DNA from: Penicillus capitatus
Taxonomy: Eukaryota > Plantae > Chlorophyta
Length of the DNA: 64,000 nt
Reading direction: 5' to 3'
Assembly (NCBI GenBank): GCA_965649825.1
Contig: OZ287695.1
Location: forward strand, 372,001-436,000
The notes beneath the pieces were generated by a model. That model searched no databases. It saw only the letters and a program-made list of their open reading frames with translations, and was not told the origin of the DNA. Made by a program: the position numbers and the translations under genes. Positions within the stretch are counted from its first letter, which is position 1; each line of letters starts with the position of its first letter. Shown one piece after another: positions 1-11,289 of the stretch.

Positions 1-55
1 GCGACAGATATCGACGTCATCGCGTTTGTGCGTGCGATATGATATCAGCTAGAAC

Positions 56-562
56 AGAAGTGCTATCGCACCATCTCCAGTCACATCACTGCCACAACTG
101 AGATATTACGTTTGAAACCTCGTCTTCGAAGGACGTCTTTAAACGGCGCTCAGGATACGATGCGACTGCCAGCTGTGGTTCGTTGCGTGTTTCCTCGCCG
201 TCGAGAAGAAGAGAAAAAAAAGTCTCCAGGCGCGGCCCCATTCCCTGTCACGGTCGGCATCTAGTGTCAGTCTAGTAAGGTCTCTTCGCCTTCATGTAAT
301 CTGTGTTCGATAGGTTTGTCTGAAGAGACATTGGCAGAGAAGTAGTATCGGGCTGATGTGACATCTGTTTCTCAATATACACAGCGGATGCTTGTCGAGA
401 GGCGTCGCAGCGACATCGCGTATCGTCGGAAGCATCGAGATCGAGTCCCACCAAAAAGATTTAAAACTTCAATCTTTCCCACATAAAAACCGAAGAACCA
501 TCAAAGGTCATACGGTGTGTGTTAAGGATGTTGTCCATCAATCAGATCTTGTGTTTAGCAAA
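56..562. repeat. Duplicated 3' flank of trypsin-ankyrin copies 1 and 2 (paralogue of about 10615-11123)
   Basis: About 500 nt align nearly base-for-base with 10615-11123 (e.g. gcttgtcgagaggcgtcgcagcgacatcgcgtatcgtcggaagcatcgagatcgagtccc in both). Each lies just downstream of a minus-strand trypsin-ANK stop codon. Confidence 0.9.
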
Positions 563-767
563 GCAACAACGACAGACACGCAACTCTAGTGACTGCTGCG
601 CGATCAACAAGAAAAAAGAACGATCTAAACCGATGACCTTCCGGGCTGAGACGCTTTTCGTGGTTCGAAAAGCACAAAAAAAAACTGTTAACCCATTCCG
701 TCGGCTTCTGAACAAAAAGGAGCTGTCGAGACAGAATCTTTACGCTTTCTCAGAATCGGGAAGCGTT

Positions 768-3700
768 TCATGGCTTCAGCAGATCCTGGAGTTCTGTTTT
801 AGTTTGTTCCGTACACACATCGACGTGTGTACAGATAACGTCGTACGGTTTCTTGCCGTCGTCATTTTCGATTGTCTTGAGTTTCGTTCCCATCGAAGTA
901 TACACTAACGCCTACCGACACAGTTGTTATCGATCACGCCACCGAGTCAAGAACGCGGCTCACCTCGACCGACTCAATTTTTCCAAAGGATGCACCATAG
1001 TGCATCGCTGTGCTTCCCCCATTGTCCTTGGCGTCAACGATTGCACCGCTGTCCAGGAGAGTCTAAGGAAAACATCAATGCGGACTCTCCGAGTGCACGT
1101 CTTACTTCAATGATGTCTTCATTTCCTCGGGTTGTGGCATACATGAGAGGCGTCGTATCGTGTGGCGCCAGCCTATACTCAACATTGGCTCCACGTTTTA
1201 GCAGGAACTACAAAGTTCCACTGGATTAGAGAACGCAGAGGCTGTCACTGACAGACTTTGAGTGCTTTTCTGGAAATCTGATCTATTGCCTCGTAGAGAG
1301 CAGTTTCCCCAGCTCCATCCGGTTGGTCGATTTGCGCTCCGTTATCGAGAAGAAGCTTCGAACAGAGACAGATGGTCAGGGGAGGAGGACTGGCAGCAAC
1401 ACTGGCCTACTTCGACGATGTCCACATTATTGTTTCGTGTTGCTATGTGAAGGGCTGTATCTCCCGTCTGGGTTGGTTTCGTCGGATCGGCGCCGTTTTG
1501 CAGGAGAAACTGCACGTCACGTCTTCAATGACAACGAGTTGGCTCAGCTGTTTGGACTTACCTTCACAATGGCAGAGCTGTCGTCTTTGACGGCAACGTG
1601 AAGCACGTTCATTCCTCTGCGGTTCAAAGCAGATGTGTCCGCTCCTTTGTTGACGAGAACCTTCAAAGCACCCATTCATCAGAAGCATCGAAACAGATAC
1701 CGCCCTGACTTTGACAATCTCTGTGTATTCGTATTTGACTGCTGCATGAAGAGCAGTGTCAGCTGTTCTGTCGGCGATGTTGACATCTGCTCCGGCATCG
1801 ATGAATGCCTGCGGGCGAACAGCCTTCCGATAGGAAACTCAAGATAACAGTACAGGTATTACCTTTACAATCTCCAGATTGTTGTTCTCGACGGCAACGT
1901 GGATTGCTGACTTGTGATCGGCGTCAAAAGTGTCAACGTTGGCGTGGGCTGCAATGAGAATCTTCGAAGAGCAAGTGCATTAGAGCGAATGGCAGCTGAA
2001 GGAGGACTTACTGATACGATCTCTGTTTTTCCTAGTTCAGTTGCGATGAAGAGTGCCGTTTTTGAATCGACAGCTGTGTCCATATTGATATTACTGCTGA
2101 CGAGTGCCTTTAAACAATGATCGTCAGGCAGAAACTGAAAATAGGCTTGTCAGCTATACCTTTGCCATCTCAACGTATCCATTCTCCACTGCGATGTGGA
2201 GCGGGGGCTGCTGCTTGTCGTTTTTGCCAAGATTAGCATCTGCCTTAGCTTGGATGAGCATCTGTGGACAACAACTGTCGGCACACAGGCGATGAAGAAG
2301 TGTCACGCGCCTTCACGATCTCGAGGTTATTCTGTTGCACTGCAATGAGGAGAGGCGTCTTATCATCGACGATAGTATTCACTTCGACACCATTCAAGAT
2401 GAGCAACTGCAAACCAATCGTTGCCGAATCAGTAAGCGGCAATACATATGAAGGTTTACTTTTGTGATATCTGGGTATTTCTTTTCGACTGCCGTGTGGA
2501 GAACGGTCCAACCTGTTTCGCTGGGAATATTAACATCTGCTTTGGCTGCGATGAGTTCCTGCGATCGACGTTTATCAGATCAAGGACTGGAGACATGACA
2601 TGGTCTCACCGTTGCGATCTCTGTGTATCCCGTCTCAACTGCGGCGAAGAGTGCCGTTCTTCCATCGACGATTTCATTCAAATCAACTCCGCGCTCGATC
2701 ATTTTCTGAAACAACACAAAGTCGAGCCAGAAACTCAAACGAAATCTGTCTCACCACTACAAGTCCCTTGGATCCCTTCAGAACGGCGTCGTAGAAGAGC
2801 GATTTTCCCTCACCGGGGACAGTCACATCAGCCCCCTCTTCGACGAGGTACTTCACGAAAACAAAAGCCGTTAAAACATGGATACAGAGACATTGCCGGT
2901 ACTTCTGCAATCACTGTCTGATCTGTTTCACATGCAAGCTGTAGAGGTGTTTTCCCGGCACCAGGAGCGTTGATATCAGCCTTGTTTTTGATGAGAGTCT
3001 ATGCAGCGCTCATGGTGAACAGGTTTGTCTGTTTCTGGCACACCTTTGTTATTCCGACGAACTTTCCCATCACCGCTTCGTGCAGTGCCGTCTTTCCGTT
3101 GTTGGCGGGAATATTCAGATCAGCATTCACATCGATGAGGGCCTGTAGCACAGCACGTCGCGATCGGATTTCTGTGACGGTCAAATTCGGAGTTACTGTT
3201 AGGGATGACGTGATGTTCTTCATCGCGGACACGTAAACAGATGTGCGTCCTTCAGCGTCGACACGGTTTACATCGGCGCCTCCATTTGCAAGAACCTGGA
3301 AACAACATTGATAGTCGAGATCAGAAATCAGGATATCAATCTGCAGCGCCGCTGCACAAGTATTACCCCTATGCTTTTTGTTGCCTCGTGGACGGTGGCC
3401 CAAAACATCAGCGTTGATTTGTCAGCAAGGCCGCCCGTCGTCAACTCTGCTTTGTTGAGAAAAGTATCGGGGTGCAGTTTGTTTTGAAGAAGCTCATCAA
3501 CTGTAGCAGATTTGTCATCTTTGATAGCCGCGATTATCGCCTAGTGTTCAATGAAATTTATATGAGATGAAGAAAGTGGCTCTGGTTTACGATGTAACGA
3601 CCATCAGTTGAACCAAGAGAAGGAGTAGGCTCCGGCGAAGGGGTCTCGACGGGCAACGGTGGTGTCTCGGATTCAATTGGAGGCTCCGGCGAAGGGGTCT

Positions 3701-5244
3701 CGACGGGCAACGGTGGTGTCTCGGATTCAATTGGAGGCTCCGGCGAAGGGGTCTCGACGGGCAGCAGCGGTATCTCGGATTCAATTGGAGGCTCCGGCGA
3801 AGGGGTCTCGACGGGCAGAGGTGGTGTCTTGGAGACAATTGGAGGCTCTGGCGGAGGGGTCTCGACGGGCAGAGGTGGTGTCTTGGAGACAATTGGAGGC
3901 TCTGGCAGAGGGGTCTCGACAGGAGGTGGTGTCGCTGGCGGTTCCTCTTTTTTGGGACATTTCTACAGAGAACAGCGACACATGTAAGGATTTCGCATTC
4001 GAAACAAAATCCTGAGATGTAGCCAAGTTGTAACCCAGAATGGAAATGTGAGATGGCATAGAGCACATGACCTACCTTGCATTTTTCGCAGAGAAATGGA
4101 TCTGACGGGAGGGGTGATGGCTTCTCCTTTATCTTGCACTCGCTTGGTGGAGTCTTGCCAGCCATCGTCTCCAGAATCCAGTCTCTGTAGTACGAGATGC
4201 TCGTCAGAACATTACAATCCCTGTAATAAGGAAGGTAAGGATCATAAGATGTGACACCGACCAACAGATCCTCGCCGGGATATCCCTTGCCGACATCGCA
4301 TGGTCCATCTGCCACCACAACAGGACCTCCGTCCAGACCTTGAAGCACACGAGCACTAAGGTTCAGCTTGGTGTTCTGCCTCACACCTGTTTTATCATTT
4401 TCATCTTTTCCGCAAAAGCAGAGCCAGCCATCTCTGGGGACGTCCCCACTCTGGCTTCGACATCGCCCTTTCCAAGCCGGGTAAAGCGACAGGTAGCTTT
4501 GCGTCCCACAGATGTCCGATCTGCCGCCGCCGATTTCCCATCCAGGCATCAGCATGTCCTTTTCTCCGTAGACCATCCCTCTTCGAAACAGCCTTGGCGT
4601 TTCCAGGTGTGCCGCTTTGTCAAGTTTGAGCATGGCCAGGTCGGAGCCTCTCTTTACGTTCCCCGTCCAGCCACTGTGGATGTAGGCGTCTTTAACGTGG
4701 AATCTCTGTCGCCGAACACAGCGGATTCGACCGCGGCGTCTCGCCTGCGACGACGGCTTACCTTCTTGGAGGACGTCGTGTTGATATGGTAGATCCCGCA
4801 GTACACCGTCGGGTAGCACCCGACTGAACCCTCGTGGTTCGGGTCGACGCAGTGCGCCGCCGTCAGGACCCATCGTTTGTTAACGAGTGTGGCCGTGCAC
4901 TCGTGGTTTCGGCTTCCGGCCAGTCGCAAACTGCATAGGTACGGAAATCTTCCTGGTGAACCTTCAATCCTGTGGCACAGCCCGTTCTCGTCGTCGGTCA
5001 CATCGCCACTCAACGGCGCGGAGATTTTCTCGTCTCCGTTCGAGATGAGCGAAAGGAACCCGTCGCGGCGGCCGAACCCTGGACAAAGCAGCGTTAGGGT
5101 TGACGGCAGGATGCCTTCGACGGCACCTGAACTGGCGAATGTTGGGCTCGGGCCACAGAGCAAAACGCAGAGCAGCAGAATCGAAAACGCATGGTCCTTT
5201 TTCTTGAGACAGCACGGCCCGAACAAACGCACGTGTTCAAGCAT
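768..5244 (-). CDS. Trypsin-ankyrin fusion copy 1: signal peptide, catalytically dead S1A domain, Pro/Glu linker, about 16 ankyrin exons, Cys cap; carries a 1-nt frameshift near 2660
   Basis: ATG 5244 MLEHVRLF...AFSILLLCVLLCGPSPTFA. Motifs WVLTAAHC and DLAMLKLD. Spliced DKT-GLDGGP replaces GDSGGP. Ankyrin exons end in phase-0 GT donors. Last exon ends ICTHVDVCTEQTKTELQDLLKP* (TGA 770-768). One ANK exon is 95 nt versus 96 nt in copy 2. Confidence 0.85.
3627..3935 (-). repeat. 54-bp coding tandem repeat (about 5.7 units) encoding ETPSPEPPIESETPPLPV in the linker of copy 1
   Basis: ggctc(c/t)ggc recurs at 3628, 3682, 3736, 3790, 3844 and 3898 (period 54 = 18 codons). The minus-strand frame between protease and first ankyrin reads as a Pro/Glu/Ser/Thr repeat. 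Confidence 0.9.
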
Positions 5245-5899
5245 GACTGCCTCGAGCAGCAAAACACTCGAATTTGAAAAGCGCCTATCAAGCGATCATT
5301 TGTACTCCGTTTCTATTTTCGCCATTTCAAACTTGAGGACAACGTTCTCTTCTGCCGCAGATTTATGCAGTAACCTTTGCGATGTCGATCGACTGCCAGA
5401 GAATCCCACGTTAAGGCGCTGCATGCATCTTTTTAGCGGGATTGGCAGCATTAGATTCGTGTCGATCCCGTATCTCCGCTCTGCGCTGCAGCTTCGCAAC
5501 CGTCCGAGCTGCTGCTGCGGAGAGTAGCCTGAAGCGATTGACAAGACGTAAGGACCTAACGGAGACACCTTACGTGTCTTTAGTGTAGCCGCATGCACGC
5601 TTGATACCTTGTCGACGCGAATCTTTGGAACGTCTCTACGTGGCTATGGGGCGATGCCGGCGAGCATGATACGGAGAAACCATCTTGGGATGCGCGGGAT
5701 CGACGTTGGAAGCAGAAAACCTGTGTGTCATCATTGACGCGACAGCAACGTACGGCAATCAACCAAAGAGAGCTTGTGGTCAAGACAACACTCCCAGCTA
5801 CAGACACTGTCTGAACACTCGTAGTCGCAGACACCGTCTCTCTACAATAGAAGGCAACGTGGGAGTCGGAGGAGAAGCGTCGTACACGTTTCAGGTTTC

Positions 5900-7300
5900 G
5901 TCGACTGGCCTGTAACAGGGGCGGCGGTTTGAAGAAGAAAGCAAGAATGATACTCCGTCGGGATCTGGAGACGGCCCAACGCGTCACCACTCAACTTGCG
6001 TTTTGCACAGGCCCGAATAGGAGCGCTCTGAACATTCGAGTCAAAGGTCAACCTAAACTTGATACATGGGAAGCTCGTACTTAATGCAATGTATACAGAT
6101 CATGATGCAAGCGAGCTTTGGTAAGGCGAACAGAGGTCCTGAAGAAGCCTCGACAAGCAAAGTGGGGCGTATCAGCGATGGAAGACAGTGAAGAGTAACC
6201 TGGAGAAGCTGCTGCCAGAGCAACGCGTCTTGGACCTTATGGACGCACTGAGAAGACGAAGAAAGACAAAGAGGATCCATTCTAAACTTCGCAGGGCGCT
6301 TCTGATCCACGGCTCAGATCTATCACATCGAAAAGAACATTACCAAGTGGAGACCAGTAGCGAACTCACACGTAGGTTCACGCATCTGAGGTCTCTGTGT
6401 GGCGCATGTCTGGAACGGACTTGGCGAACATGGCGATGGACGATCTAGAGAAGAGAGCCAAGAACGTGGTCGATTTCATTCTGTTCCGGGATACAGCAGT
6501 GCAATCCAATATTGCTTATTGGAGTACGTGGACATACTGACAGCGACATCGATGATCGCAGAGATCGTTTGCATAACCGACAAGAGGTGCTTGGTAAAAC
6601 GGTGTCGTTATTCGACAGGAGATGCAAGACTGCACTTTCCGCTTCCAACGGAAACAACAGTGTTTTGCGATAGTTGCGCTCAAGCGACAGGCGAAAGGAA
6701 CTTGCGATCCTGGAAGAAGCTAAAAGGGAAAGGAAGACGGAAATGAAGAGACGCAACGAGGAACGACGACAACTGCATACATTGCTAGAAAATTTAAAGC
6801 AGAAGGACAAGAGTAGTGGGCCGTGTTATCCGACAGCTTATTGTAGAATTTGACTTGTTACCACTCTTATGTCTTTGACCACAATTAGACAAGAAGCGGT
6901 CGATGCACGCAAGAATGAAAATTAATGGAAGACAAGTGAGGCACTGATAAACACGGGCGCAACAAAGAGTTCTTTACAAGACATGACTCTTGAGACGCTT
7001 TGGCCGAGGAGCACATAGGAGCCGTCCTAGCGGGAAGTCCTATTTAAGAATGGACAAAGAGAAACGATGAAAGGAAGAGTAAACATTCCTGTTTAAGTGG
7101 GAGGCAAGAGAATACAGATGAATACAGACCTATCGCAGGGACGGCAAGGGACATGTGATGATCATTGGTTTCAAGTTTCCAGAGGAGAACGGATGTCAGA
7201 TAAGCTGCAACTTAAAGTGGGTCATCCGGGAAATAAGAAACCGATCCAGTGCTACAGAGCAGAAACGCGTCACGCGCAGAAGCTGTATTTAACTGCCGGG
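5900..7300 (+). mobile_element. Decayed Ty3/Gypsy-type gag-protease remnant
   Basis: About 6920-6975 translates KINGRQV..ALINTGATKSS, a retroviral-type aspartic protease motif (normally ALIDTGA, here D to N). Broken gag-like ORFs lie upstream (6188-6746). Boundaries approximate. Confidence 0.5.
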
Positions 7301-8199
7301 TCCCAATTCGTCGACCGGCACAGAATTAAGCAGACTTAACCTGTTGGAACAACTTTGATACCCCCTTCAGAGAAAACAACAGATTGTTGATCCATATGAA
7401 CGGAAAAAGTTGACGATGAGAGAAAACGCAAAGACTTTAACAGTTATGTGAGACGAAGTTCGTCTGACTCGGTTGATTGTTATTATTAACTTAATTCAGT
7501 TCTGTGAGACACCGAATGAACATCGGAATTCTAGGATGCTACAGTCGCATCATACGAAGTTACATGATGTGACAGTCGTGCTCGTGTAGTTAAGTATTAG
7601 CATGCTCTGTTTGGTAAGTACGATCCTCCCTCGACAGTTCTCGCGTTTCTTTGATTTCCGCTGGCACCCTTAGCCCATCCATCGAAGAACAACGCAATGG
7701 TATGGAAGCCCAGTGAATACTTCGCTTGCTGTATGCCATGCGCCAAAACGCGATCAGGTTTTACACGACTCGGGTATGATGGCCAAGACCGTCGGTCGAA
7801 AGAGTGAGAGGAAAGAACCGTGGGTCGAAGAAATAGATACCGTCGATTTCAACAGAACTCCAAACCTGTTAGATTCCAGAGAATATGCCATTCACAGCCT
7901 TATGAAACATCCCGTTCAAGCATATGTCCGATAATATTGTCACGATTTGTGCAATGTTAAAGCGTTGCTTACGAAGTATGAGGCCGTTTTGATTTGCGAA
8001 TGGAGATATATAAGGTATTGTGTACAATGTGTCGTGAAGGAGGTTACTTGGACCGTGCGACAGCTTTTCACTGATGAATGAAAAGACCACTCGCAACTAC
8101 GTCGTTTATTGTCGAGTTTAGTAGCATGTGACTGCTCGCTTAGGCGTTAATATAGATGGCCCTTGCGTTCACATTTAGCAAGGTCAGGTAGAATCCGTA

Positions 8200-9300
8200 A
8201 GGAAAAATGACCAAAGAGTAAACTCTGACAATCGACCCGTCGCAAAGCATGAGGCGCTTTGTTTCCAAGAAAATGCTTGATGCATTAAAGCTTAATAGTC
8301 CGCACAAAGACGAGGAAAAATACACGCCGACGTATGACCGAATTCGCCGAATTGATGGACCAGTTACGGTGACCTATGAAATCTTCAAGGTGTGAAAAGA
8401 TCGAACCTCAGTGCCTTTGTTGGTTCTGAGCGTTACACGAAAAAACTCTTGTATTAAAGAACAACTCAAAGAACAATCTGTTTACTGACATGTTAATGTC
8501 GATAATCAAGCGGATGATGACCTTTGCTAAACGTCGTTTGTCAGATGTTTCGATGCATCCCTCATGGTATGCATTGTTAGCGAGGCAGCATAAACCGTAA
8601 TAAGTTTTCCAGCGCATTCATCGCAAGTTAGCGAATATGTGTTAAGAAGAATCTCGCAAAAACGATTGAAACAACAAAACTGTAAGTCAATCTTCCTGTC
8701 AGAGGCAACGTCATTCCCATTCTTTTAAAGACGGTCTATCCGGACTTGGCAAAGTCAAGGATCATAGACGAGTCATCTAGATCATTAGGGGTTTATGCCG
8801 ATTGACAGATTTGGGAGTTTTGTTAGAGGGATACGATCGTGCCTGTAACAAATGAACAGACCCAAGGGAGGTCGCTTTTCGATCGGTATAAAAAAAGACT
8901 TGTCGGTTATCGTCTATGCGAATCCACATCATCGGCAGCGAACACTACTTTACGATTGGCTGTCTATCGTGCGCCTCCATGTAGTGCCGAAAATGCCGAT
9001 TGGAGGCCATGCGCCTTTGTCAAAATAGCGGTAAGGGAAGACGATGGGTTCTAACTTGACCACTTTCCTAGTGTGTCGACGATTGACAGAATAACCCTAT
9101 CAGACTTTGCATCCTTAACTTCTTTACTGAAAAGAGAGATAAAGGTCGGGATGGTTAGCTTTCGATGACAGAAGGGAACACTTGAGAGAAACGTCTGTTC
9201 CGCTATTTTTTACAAAAACGATGGAAATGCAGTACCCGACCCTTAAACCTGAAATTAAACTCAAACGAACCGATCAAAGTGCTTCTCGTTGTCAAAGGAA
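8200..9300 (+). mobile_element. Decayed non-LTR retrotransposon RT remnant
   Basis: Ordered degenerate RT-like motifs by eye: HPSWYALL (P.SW), RKLANMLRRISQKRLK, H*GFMP (about 8780; Q-GF with CAG to TAG), LAFDD (about 9155). Many stops. Confidence 0.4.
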
Positions 9301-10614
9301 GTCAAATTGAGCGAAACTGACAAACCAGTAAACGCGTTCAGATGTTATCATTTCGGTTCTGTGTCAAAGGCCTACCTTTTACGACGTTTCGCATACGATT
9401 AGACTCGACATGCACGGCCGGTAACTTTAATCACCCATGTTTCTTCTTCTATGTATGCTTTTAGGTAGCATAGAACTTATTGACTGCTTGCTCTCTAGGT
9501 GGGAACTTTGAGAAACCAAAACAGAAACCCCGCACAACGACGCTGTTGGCATTGTTTGACGTTAGGACGTCAACGGGGTGCACGATGTGAACTTCATTCT
9601 CTGCGAAATGCACGTCCTCGAGATGGAGTCTTCGCATACAAACACCACTGTGGAATGTCCAATCCAATTCGCCATGTCGAAAAGAGCACAAAGAATAGCA
9701 TTATTCCTTCTGTTAACAGCTACGAAAACAAGCTACAGATCACACGTGGCGAGGCGACATCGAAATTGGACCTGCGATATTACACCGCAAGAAATGCAGA
9801 CCGGTAGAAGAAAACAAGAAGCACAGATGCACTGATTGGCCAGCCTAATCTGATAGGATCACACTCCTCCCTGTCTGAGTGATAATGTAATTTAGATGTT
9901 GTTAGGTGTGGGAATCATCACCATCATGTAATTCTATTTGTTTCAACTTTCAAGGGGATCGATTGTGATGGTCTAAGGCTTGGCCCTTCGACAAGCGACG
10001 CATATATACCCCTCCCAACTTAATAAAGCGTGCAAAGGACATGAGGAAAGGGTAATCCTCTTATTAAAAGAGAAGGCCAGGATCATTTGTCCTTCATCCT
10101 GGCACTATATATCGAGAAACAAAGCAGACTGCGCCTTTGATCTGAGCTATGAAAGATGCAGATCCCGACGCTGGTTTTAACGATAGTATTATTAATTTGA
10201 CTCGACAGTAAACTCGATGAGCGACGCAAGATGAACTGAGTCCGGAAACGCTGACGACAAAGAAGCATTTCGTCGTCTCCGCATTACGTTGAGGGACAAC
10301 TCCGTATGAAATACGGTGACGACGGCTTCGACGCAGGGGATGACGGAACAAAATAACTTGAGGACGACGCGTTTTGAGAACTACCCGTTGATGTGGCAGG
10401 ATAGTGTACAGGAGATGCGGGGTATCTCGTGCTTGACGCTTCGTGAAGAAATCACAGGAAGTGCTAAACAGCCAAAAGACAGTGACTGTTTTCGAGCGCG
10501 GCAACGACTACCAGAAGCAGATGATGTAACGGATGGCAACAAAAGAAACCTGGAGGCTGCTTCGTGCAATAGATCGTTCGCGTGTTTTCGTTCTCGACAT
10601 TCATCGCCGAATAA

Positions 10615-11123
10615 AAGTGCTGTCGTACCATCTCCAGTCACATCACTGCTCACAACTGAGACACCGCGTTAGAAAGCTCGTCTTCGAAAGGCGTCTCCAA
10701 ACGGCGCTCAAGATACGATGCGACTGTCAGCTGTGGTTCGTTGCGTGTTTCCTCGCGGCCGAGAAGAAGAGAAAAACAAGCCTTCAGGCGCGGCCCCATG
10801 CTCCTATCACACGGTCGGCATCTAGTATCAGTCTAGTAAGAAATCTCTTCGCCTTCATATAATCTGTGTTCGATAGGTTTGTCCGAAGAGCCGTTTGCAG
10901 AGAAGTAGTATCGGGCTGATGTGACGTCTGTTGCTCAATATACACAGCAGATGCTTGTCGAGAGGCGTCGCAGCGACATCGCGTATCGTCGGAAGCATCG
11001 AGATCGAGTCCCACGAAAAAGATTTAAAACTTCAATCTTTCCCACATTAAAATCCGAAGAATCATCAAAGGTCATACGATGTGTTAAGGATGTTGTCCAT
11101 CAATCAGATCTTGTGTTTAGCAA
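10615..11123. repeat. Duplicated 3' flank (paralogue of 56-562)
   Basis: Direct near-identical alignment to 56-562. Defines a tandem unit of about 10.5 kb for copies 1 and 2. Confidence 0.9.
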
Positions 11124-11289
11124 AAACGTGAGACATGCAACTCTCGTGACAGTTGCGTGCTCAGCTTGAATAGAGCATGAATGATCCAGACAGGTCCTTT
11201 CGGCAAAGACAGCTTTCCGATCAAAAAAGTGTAAAGAATTAGCGGAACCATTCAGCTTGCCTCTGAACAAAAACGAAAATCTAAGATCG

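Noticed and set aside
3587-4873. 428-aa ORF as a single protein, and the antisense ORF at 3659-4015
   Set aside because: It crosses several introns and changes true frame. The antisense ORF is a by-product of the 54-bp repeat.
8160-8400. Frame with several TAA/TAG suggesting a TAR=Gln genetic code (as in some ulvophytes)
   Set aside because: Conserved genes here end in TAA or TAG at the expected positions (gamma-CA, bestrophin, RBOH). The frame also contains TGA, so it is decayed element sequence.
10080-10330. Weak Ty3 RT-like segment on the minus strand (CVAHR, FIAQIKGAVCF)
   Set aside because: Similarity too degenerate to support without an HMM search.
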